Virus record (IMG/VR): IMGVR_UViG_3300043415_000095
Location: 1 to 51,930 of that record
Strand: one strand, 5' to 3'
DNA length: 51,930 nt
Source: a virus
Lineage: Duplodnaviria; Caudoviricetes
Shown here: positions 45,788 through 51,930 of the stretch, piece after piece
How the letters are laid out: every line of letters starts with the position of its first letter
How positions within the stretch are numbered: the stretch's first letter is position 1
Position numbers and translations under genes: made by a program
Notes under the pieces: model-generated
What the model saw: the letters and a program-made list of their open reading frames with translations, nothing else
What the model was told of the DNA's origin: nothing
The model's database searches: none

Positions 45788-46748
45788 ACTTGCTGAGGTT
45801 TGCGGAGATTCTGTCGTTGCTGGCGGCTCTCAGCAGATGGCGCGTGAAGATGTCGCTGCCCCGTGCTTGGAAAGTGCCTTTTGCCAAAGCAGCAAAGTCG
45901 ATACGGCGCTGGTAGCTGCTGGCCTTGACGAACAGGAAGATGGGGCGGACAAAGCTGCCGCTGGTGACGCTATTGGTGCTGTTGAAGCGTTGCCAGATGC
46001 CGGCGGGGAGTTTGTTGGGGTTCCCTTTCCCTTTGATCATATCGATACCCGGCACCGCGCCTTGCGGTCCTCCCGAGACAAAGAACTCGGTGGAGAACGC
46101 GCCTCCCATCTGTTTGGCGAGTTTTTTGTTGAGCTTCGACCGGCCTTTCTCGCCCATGTTGGAGCGCACACCGACATCGCGCATGGCATCGAAATAGGTC
46201 AGCATCTGAATGATGAAACCCCGTTGCGGGTTGTCGTACTGATCCATGGGGCATCCTGCTGCCGGCACGACGTAGTAGCCCGGTTTGATTAGCCCTTTTT
46301 TCAGCAGCAAGCCTTCCATATCCTTATACCGACGAACCATTCCTTGGCCGAACTGATGAGCAAGTGCGCGTTCGTAGCGGTTCCCCCAGAAGGCTTTGCG
46401 ATTGCCGCCTTTGGAAAGCAAAGGCGCGATGTCATCGGCCACAAAATCCTGCTGCAAGCCGACGTAGGCGAAGTAGTTCTGGCGTTGGGCCACTTTGGCG
46501 GGGCCGGAGCCTACGGCGATCTGACGGACATCACTTAAATCCTTTAGGACGTTGATGGCCTTCATAGTCCACGGCGTAGGCTTGTGAAATACCGACTCCA
46601 TTTCGGTGTCCACGGTCTCCTTGATCTCAAACGCGATGTCGTTGACCGTCCGCTTGGCGGCATATCCGATTTGTCGTGACAGCACCTCGGGCAAGGCTTG
46701 CGCTGCCGCCGCAAAGTTGCTGGTCAAGGTGATATTCCAACCGCTCAT
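45780..46748 (-). CDS. Putative neck / tail-completion protein
   Basis: VFHKPTPWT motif; basic 322-aa protein. Confidence 0.55.
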   Translation of the reverse strand: MSGWNITLTSNFAAAAQALPEVLSRQIGYAAKRTVNDIAFEIKETVDTEMESVFHKPTPWTMKAINVLKDLSDVRQIAVGSGPAKVAQRQNYFAYVGLQQDFVADDIAPLLSKGGNRKAFWGNRYERALAHQFGQGMVRRYKDMEGLLLKKGLIKPGYYVVPAAGCPMDQYDNPQRGFIIQMLTYFDAMRDVGVRSNMGEKGRSKLNKKLAKQMGGAFSTEFFVSGGPQGAVPGIDMIKGKGNPNKLPAGIWQRFNSTNSVTSGSFVRPIFLFVKASSYQRRIDFAALAKGTFQARGSDIFTRHLLRAASNDRISANLSKYV

Positions 46749-48706
46749 ATCAGCGCACTCGATTGGCGGCGGTTTTGGCGAACCGGAGGCCGTATGGGCT
46801 GGGCCGCAGGCATGGCTTCTTCCACCTCGGGAATGGCATCCGATGCCTCGGCGGAGACGACGGGTTTAACCAGCGCCCCGGCCTGCTGCGCGACGATCTT
46901 GAGGCGAACGCCGGCTTGCTTGAGTGACTCCAGCGCGGCCAGGGCGTAAACGAAGCAGTCGAGCGCCTCGTTGCGGGCACCAGCGGGTTTTTTCCACGCT
47001 CTGACTGCAACGCCCGACTTGTTGTAGGTGGTGACCCGCTTTTCACTGGTTAGCTGCACGAAGTAGCTGTCTGGAAGGTCGGCGGCGAAGCTGACGGCGC
47101 GGGGCCGATCCGGGTTGCTGACGGCCAGGGCGGAGCGCAACTGATCCTTGGCGGTATCGACGCCAACGAGGTACAACTGGACACCCTGACTGAGTTTGGT
47201 CTTGGTGGTCTTGTTCGGCCAAACCGGATGGTTACCTGCACGGCCTTTTACCGGGAATACCTTGCGGCTGGCGCGGCCTCGACAGAATTCGTAAGCGCGT
47301 TGGGTGTGGTGCCCGCCGGTATCAATGGCGACACTGCGTATGCGAAGGACTCGGCCATCCTGACAGGTGAACTGGCCCAAGAGGACGTTGTCGAGTTCGG
47401 TCCACAGTTGCGCTTCGCCGGGTGCGCCCCAGAGTTGCAGATGGTCTAGCACCCGGGCCTGCTCGGAGCCGGTCCAGCCGACCAAGGTGACTTCCAGTCG
47501 ATCATCCTGTACGTCCACCCCCGCTGTAATCAGCGCAACGTCCGCAGGGATAGCGTGAACATCCCAGGCTTCCCGCCGCGTCATCAGGGATTCGTGATCG
47601 ACCTTTTCGCCGGAGCGGTCTTCCCAGCACTGGCCCAGCTTGGTGTTGATGAACGATTGCAGCTTGGTGCTGTGGCCCTTGGCCTTGATGAAGTCCTTGG
47701 CGGCATCGCCCCAGGAATACCAACCCGGCGGCGAGTAGAGAGAAGACAGGTGAAAGCCGACCATGCCGCTGTCAAGTCCCTCGGCGGTAGAAATCCACTC
47801 GCCGTTGTCAAGCATCCAGCCCTTGTGCCGTTCATCAATGAGGACGCCGCAATGTTGGCAGGTGAGTGCGGCTGACTCCGGGTTGCCTTCTTCCCAGATG
47901 ATGCGGGTCCAGTCGATGATCTGCTTCGCGTGACAGTCGGGGCACGGGACGTGGTAGTAGCGTTGGTCGGTTTCCTGAAAGGCTTTCCAGATGCGCGACT
48001 CGCCCTCGATGGTGGGCGTGGAACACATGAAGATTTTGCGGTTGCGCTTGAAGGTGGCGGTACGGGCGATGGCCAGCTCAATCGGATCCCCTTCCCCTTC
48101 GACATCGCCTGGGTACGCATCCACCTCATCAAGGAACAGGTAGCGGGCCGGCATAGAGCGGAGGCCGGTCGCTGAGTTCGCGCCGGTCATCACCAGAGTG
48201 CCGCCGGCGAAGTCTTTCTGCTGGAGGGTGTTGCCGGCATCGCGGGCGCGGCTGGGGGCGATGCGCTCGGCCAGAACCGGCGTCACCTCAATCATCGGTT
48301 GTACCCGCTGCTTGGAGATACGCTTGACCATGTCTATGGTCGGCTGGACCATAAGCATGGGTGCCGGCGCGTGGTGGATGCAGTACCCGAGCCAGTTGCT
48401 GCCGGCCTCGGTCGCGCCGATTTGTGCGCCCTTGGCAAAGACGACGGTGTGATATGGACTGCCGGTGGAAAGCGCATCTAGGATGGCCTTGAGGTAAGGC
48501 GTTCTGGAGGTGCGCCACGGGCCGGGTTCCGCCGAGCCTTTGCTGGGCAGGATGCGATGTGCGTCGGCCCACTCAGAGACCAGCAGGACCGGCTCGGGCC
48601 GGCAGCGGTCGTACAGGCGGCTGATGGTGCGGCGGAGTTCGTCCGCCGGATCATCAATCGTTGGCGCGTGGTAGGACGGAGTCGTGGGCATTGGTGACAT
48701 GCTCAA
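46745..48706 (-). CDS. Terminase large subunit (lambda gpA family)
   Basis: KGAQIGATE, FLDEVD, CSTPT, GVDVQ, IDTGG, RNEALDC. Confidence 0.95.
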   Translation of the reverse strand: MSMSPMPTTPSYHAPTIDDPADELRRTISRLYDRCRPEPVLLVSEWADAHRILPSKGSAEPGPWRTSRTPYLKAILDALSTGSPYHTVVFAKGAQIGATEAGSNWLGYCIHHAPAPMLMVQPTIDMVKRISKQRVQPMIEVTPVLAERIAPSRARDAGNTLQQKDFAGGTLVMTGANSATGLRSMPARYLFLDEVDAYPGDVEGEGDPIELAIARTATFKRNRKIFMCSTPTIEGESRIWKAFQETDQRYYHVPCPDCHAKQIIDWTRIIWEEGNPESAALTCQHCGVLIDERHKGWMLDNGEWISTAEGLDSGMVGFHLSSLYSPPGWYSWGDAAKDFIKAKGHSTKLQSFINTKLGQCWEDRSGEKVDHESLMTRREAWDVHAIPADVALITAGVDVQDDRLEVTLVGWTGSEQARVLDHLQLWGAPGEAQLWTELDNVLLGQFTCQDGRVLRIRSVAIDTGGHHTQRAYEFCRGRASRKVFPVKGRAGNHPVWPNKTTKTKLSQGVQLYLVGVDTAKDQLRSALAVSNPDRPRAVSFAADLPDSYFVQLTSEKRVTTYNKSGVAVRAWKKPAGARNEALDCFVYALAALESLKQAGVRLKIVAQQAGALVKPVVSAEASDAIPEVEEAMPAAQPIRPPVRQNRRQSSALI

Positions 48707-49067
48707 GGGCGCGGCGCAATTCGTTTTCGAGTACCTGCTCTATCGTTTTCGCATTATTTTCGGCAGCAAAAATCGCGGCGTAGCGACCGGGAATCGTCAG
48801 TAGCTGTTCTCGAAATGCCGAGGCCGCAGTATCCAGCGCCTGGAACACGGACTCCTGCGACAGCAGTTGCCCGCGCTTTTCCTTGTATTCGATCTCAGCC
48901 AGATGGGCGAGGTAGGACTCTTTCTTGGCCCGAGCTTCAGCCATATCCAGAATGGCGGCGGCTTTTTCGACAGAGAAGTCTCTGGATGCACTGGGCGCGG
49001 AGTTCTTGCCGCCTTTCTTTCTGCCGGAGCCGGGTCGTCTACCCCCCTTCCCCGTGAAGACTTCCAT
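48654..49067 (-). CDS. Terminase small subunit
   Basis: GGRRPGSGRK; ARAKKE coiled coil; precedes terL. Confidence 0.75.
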   Translation of the reverse strand: MEVFTGKGGRRPGSGRKKGGKNSAPSASRDFSVEKAAAILDMAEARAKKESYLAHLAEIEYKEKRGQLLSQESVFQALDTAASAFREQLLTIPGRYAAIFAAENNAKTIEQVLENELRRALEHVTNAHDSVLPRAND

Positions 49068-49071
49068 AGGT

Positions 49072-49293
49072 TCACCTGTTGTAGAGTCGCTCGATTCGTT
49101 CATGCTCGGTTTGGCAGAAGGCGCAGCGGCTGGCTGTGGGCACGGCGCGAAGCCGGGTGGCTTCAATCAGTTCGCCGCAGTCGAGGCAAAAGTCATGGGC
49201 GCGTTTGATCGGTCGGGCCGATTGCTGTTGCTGCCGGTAAAGTGTTTCCATCCGTTCCGCCGTTTCCTGCGCCCGGTCGGCGTCATCGGCCAT
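49072..49293 (-). CDS. TraR/DksA C4 zinc-finger protein
   Basis: MADDADRA...CLDCGELI...RL...RCAFCQ. Confidence 0.9.
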   Translation of the reverse strand: MADDADRAQETAERMETLYRQQQQSARPIKRAHDFCLDCGELIEATRLRAVPTASRCAFCQTEHERIERLYNR

Positions 49294-49495
49294 TGGTCGT
49301 TGAAAGCCGTGTCAATGTCAGATCAATCTCGCGCAGAGATTTCTGAAGTTCACGATATTGGTCATCGTGTTTGTCCAGATGCTCCTTGAACCCGGCCTCA
49401 ATCTGGCCGAGTCGGTATTCGTGCTGCTGGACCATTGACCACACGGCAAATACCGCCGCTCCTACCGTGCCTGCAATCTTGAGCCAGTCGCTCAT
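49283..49495 (-). CDS. Small membrane-anchored coiled-coil protein
   Basis: N-terminal TM followed by coiled coil. Confidence 0.6.
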   Translation of the reverse strand: MSDWLKIAGTVGAAVFAVWSMVQQHEYRLGQIEAGFKEHLDKHDDQYRELQKSLREIDLTLTRLSTTNGR

Positions 49496-49594
49496 AGTTA
49501 TGCTCCGTATCCATTTCACAAGTGATGTGAGCCATGAGTCCTGACTGTCTGATAGCCTCAAGTGTGAGTGTGTTGCCATAGTCGTCCGGGATAA

Positions 49595-49897
49595 TCAGTG
49601 AGGGTTTGAACTGACAGCCGCACCCGGCAAGGAAGGTCGCAGCAATTCCCGCGCCCGCGCATAGCCAATAAGCATGACTTCGCCGCCCTTGTTGGCGGTG
49701 ACTCTGCTGTTCTTGATGTCCAGCACCACATCGTCGGGAATTGGCGGCATGACTAGCTTTGGGCATGTCTGCGCTTGCGGAATGTCCACGGAAATGTCCG
49801 CGACTTTCGGAGCGCAGCCGGGTAGCAGGACAAAAGCAATGACGACGCAAGCGCACCACAGCATGTAGCCGATCAGCTCTGCGAAGGCTTCTTTCAT
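49595..49897 (-). CDS. Lipoprotein, possible spanin component
   Basis: Hydrophobic signal ending LLPG-C; Pro-rich; in lysis cassette. Confidence 0.55.
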   Translation of the reverse strand: MKEAFAELIGYMLWCACVVIAFVLLPGCAPKVADISVDIPQAQTCPKLVMPPIPDDVVLDIKNSRVTANKGGEVMLIGYARARELLRPSLPGAAVSSNPH

Positions 49898-50346
49898 GCA
49901 GCCACCTCCCACAGATGCTTCTTGATGGTCAGGTCGCTGCAAGTGTCGATGCGCTTCCGTGATGGGACGTTCCAGTTACCGCCACCAGCTGCGCCGACAA
50001 GCCTCCACCCAGCGCCACGCAACGAAGCACCGCCTTCCGAAGGCAGCGTATATGTGATTAGCCTTGTGTAGCCCATGCCTTTTGCCGCCCGCCACGCAGC
50101 CGAATAAAGCATCGAACAAGCGTTTTTTGTGCCATCAGTACAAAGCCGATTGACTTCAGCAGTTATGCCGTCGTCAAGATGCCTTGAAACCGGCCTGCCA
50201 ACGATGACCACACCGACAATTTCACCTTCGTCATTAACACAGGAAATGCTGAACTTATGTCCAACCGTTGGTTTATGGTGTCTGTGCTTCTCGGCAACAA
50301 AAGCGTTTGCGTCGCGTAGTGTGCAGGGGCGGATTCGCAAGGTCAT
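49894..50346 (-). CDS. XF1762-family protein (Mom/GNAT-like)
   Basis: ANAFVAEKHRHH, GRPVSR, EVNRLCTDG, LITYTL, GASLRGAGW. Confidence 0.75.
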   Translation of the reverse strand: MTLRIRPCTLRDANAFVAEKHRHHKPTVGHKFSISCVNDEGEIVGVVIVGRPVSRHLDDGITAEVNRLCTDGTKNACSMLYSAAWRAAKGMGYTRLITYTLPSEGGASLRGAGWRLVGAAGGGNWNVPSRKRIDTCSDLTIKKHLWEVAA

Positions 50347-50441
50347 GCAACCACCCACATCAGGACGCCAGTGAAGATGGCAGCAACGGCAATCACGATG
50401 GTGAGGCCGATGGCGATTTGGTGGAGGAAGTCTTCGGTCAT
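50343..50441 (-). CDS. Small membrane peptide (32 aa)
   Basis: One TM helix; ATGA coupling at both ends. Confidence 0.5.
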   Translation of the reverse strand: MTEDFLHQIAIGLTIVIAVAAIFTGVLMWVVA

Positions 50442-50926
50442 GTGGTCATCACCTTCAATCTGCGATCTGCGATTCCGGCGATCTTCTGCGCTTTGTCTTT
50501 GCCATTGATGCAGCGACGCGCACCGACCATATCGTTCTTGGTAGCGTTGATGTAGTCGGTGATTTTCTTTCCGGTGAACTTCCCGGTACGGAAGCCGTGG
50601 ACGAGGATGAAGCAGGCTATTTCAGGCTGCATCGCCAGATCAGGATTGCCCACCAGGTCAATGCCCAGCAGGTCCGCGTACCAGCGGTAGTTGTATTCCC
50701 AGGTGAGTTGGACATAGCCGCGTCCGTAGTAGGGGTAGTAGCGGAAGCGTTTCCGATACCACTCCGGCATCCAGTACGCCTCGCGAACCGGCTTGAAGGT
50801 GCCGTTGGTTTCATGCTCGACGGTCGCCAGTACATAGGCGATCTGCGCTGGAAGTGTCAGTCCTTGGCGGATGCACTCTGCCTCGATGGCAGCGACAGTG
50901 CCGGCGCGAGTAGTGAAGTCAGTCAT
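50438..50926 (-). CDS. Endolysin (GH19/lysozyme-like fold)
   Basis: LATVEHET, YYGRGYVQLTW..NY, ARRCING. Confidence 0.85.
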   Translation of the reverse strand: MTDFTTRAGTVAAIEAECIRQGLTLPAQIAYVLATVEHETNGTFKPVREAYWMPEWYRKRFRYYPYYGRGYVQLTWEYNYRWYADLLGIDLVGNPDLAMQPEIACFILVHGFRTGKFTGKKITDYINATKNDMVGARRCINGKDKAQKIAGIADRRLKVMTT

Positions 50927-51152
50927 CCCGTCCACGCTTCAGAACGTCCTGAATGCTCTCGGAGGTATCGAGGATTTCCTGGCTTTCTTTTGGTGACAAT
51001 CCAGAACCCGTGGTACGCCAAGCGATCAAGGCCATGATGACCATGCCCACGGCAAGCAACACGGTTTTTTCAGTGCCGGTGTCCATCGCGGTGATGGCCG
51101 ACATCACCAGCCAGACGACGGCGGTCCAATTTTGGCCGGTGTTGGTACTCAC
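50919..51152 (-). CDS. Putative holin
   Basis: Two TM segments, charged C-terminus, upstream of endolysin. Confidence 0.55.
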   Translation of the reverse strand: MSTNTGQNWTAVVWLVMSAITAMDTGTEKTVLLAVGMVIMALIAWRTTGSGLSPKESQEILDTSESIQDVLKRGRDD

Positions 51153-51409
51153 ATACCCTCCTTCGCAATTCGCAGCTTGGCCACGCTGAGTTCAATCAGC
51201 AAGTTGATCAGCCATTGGGCGGCAACGATGCCGATCAACTTCACCTCGTCTGCCACCCCGTCAAATTTCTCGTCGCCCGAATAGGGTTCGCCGTCTGGAT
51301 CGAGCTTGTCGTCCCAGCGTTCAACGGCGGCTTGGATGCGATCCACCGTGCCTGAGTCGATCAGGGCAGAGGCCAGGGTCAGGATGAGGTTGATAACGAC
51401 AGCGTTCAT
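51149..51409 (-). CDS. Hypothetical protein, first late-operon gene
   Basis: AAGGAG RBS; 86 aa. Confidence 0.7.
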   Translation of the reverse strand: MNAVVINLILTLASALIDSGTVDRIQAAVERWDDKLDPDGEPYSGDEKFDGVADEVKLIGIVAAQWLINLLIELSVAKLRIAKEGM

Positions 51410-51440
51410 GGCGCTCCTTGATGAGGACGGTTTGCGCGGG

Positions 51441-51491
51441 ATTATACAACATATTGTGTTTTGTCAAGAACTTTGACACAAGATGTAGTGT
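51441..51491 (-). promoter_or_regulatory. Late-operon promoter overlapped by tandem NrdR-box-like sites
   Basis: TTGACA-N15-TATAAT on minus strand; boxes at 51444-51459 and 51476-51491. Confidence 0.7.
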
Positions 51492-51569
51492 TTTGGCTTT
51501 GAAAAATTTACAGCGGCTATATAAGGAAAGATTCGTGCCAGATTTTTCAATTTCGAGCGCAGACGCTAA

Positions 51570-51620
51570 AAAACCATCGAGGTCAGCACTACCCTCTTGA
51601 TTTATAAGGGAAAAGGACCC
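51570..51620 (-). other. Candidate cos site (cosQ plus cosN)
   Basis: Minus strand GGGTCCT-N22-TAGTGCTGACCT-CGATGGTTTT parallels lambda GGGTCCT...GGGCGGCGACCT-CGCGGGTTTT. Confidence 0.65.
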
Positions 51621-51629
51621 GCGCGGCCT

Positions 51630-51804
51630 GGGCCATCAGCTCGGGCCATCGGCCTGGGCCATCAGCTCGGGCCATCGGCCTGGGCCATCCGCTCAAGTCC
51701 ATCCGCTCAAGCCCATCCGCCCAGGCCCATCCGCCCAGGTCCATCCGCCCAGGTCCATCCGCCCAGGTCCATCCGCCCAGGTCCATCCGCCCAGGTCCAT
51801 CCGC
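51630..51804. repeat. Compound tandem repeat: 4 x 13 bp, then 8.5 x 14 bp
   Basis: Alternating GGGCCATCAGCTC/GGGCCATCGGCCT, then CCATCCGCYCARGY. Confidence 0.95.
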
Positions 51805-51930
51805 AAAAAAAAATATCAAAAAAATCTCGTTTTTTTGCGTTTGCACTATTGCGTTTTTTTTTGCATTTGCTAGAATTCTCACAAGGTTTTCGGAAAGGGT
51901 CCGGAAACAAAAACGAGGATTAAAACAATG

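Overview
This is an apparently complete, circularly permuted genome (~51.8 kb) of a temperate siphophage, probably infecting a proteobacterium. Bases 1-133 recur at 51799-51930 with a one-A homopolymer difference. Modules in order: (i) an AT-rich island of early-type genes (1-1885) bracketed by GC-rich tandem micro-repeat arrays; (ii) a leftward cro, primase/VirE helicase, iteron region, MazG and DUF3310 operon; (iii) a cI-like repressor and a rightward APSE/Chi-type replication operon (DUF2800 nuclease, DUF2815 SSB, KilA-N, family A DNA polymerase, VRR-NUC, SNF2 helicase, HNH, ThyX); (iv) a cluster of structured, partly tRNA-like ncRNA units; (v) xis, attP (3' half of tRNA-Cys) and a tyrosine integrase; (vi) a leftward late operon: lysis genes, lambda-type terminase/portal/capsid, long non-contractile tail and two fibre modules. 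Most interesting: tandem NrdR-box-like sites on the late/lysis promoter; a lambda-like cosQ-cosN that would make the repeat-bracketed island the first DNA ejected; and the RCC-terminated tRNA-like RNA array at 18203-18690. All family calls come from motif recognition by eye, with no database searches.
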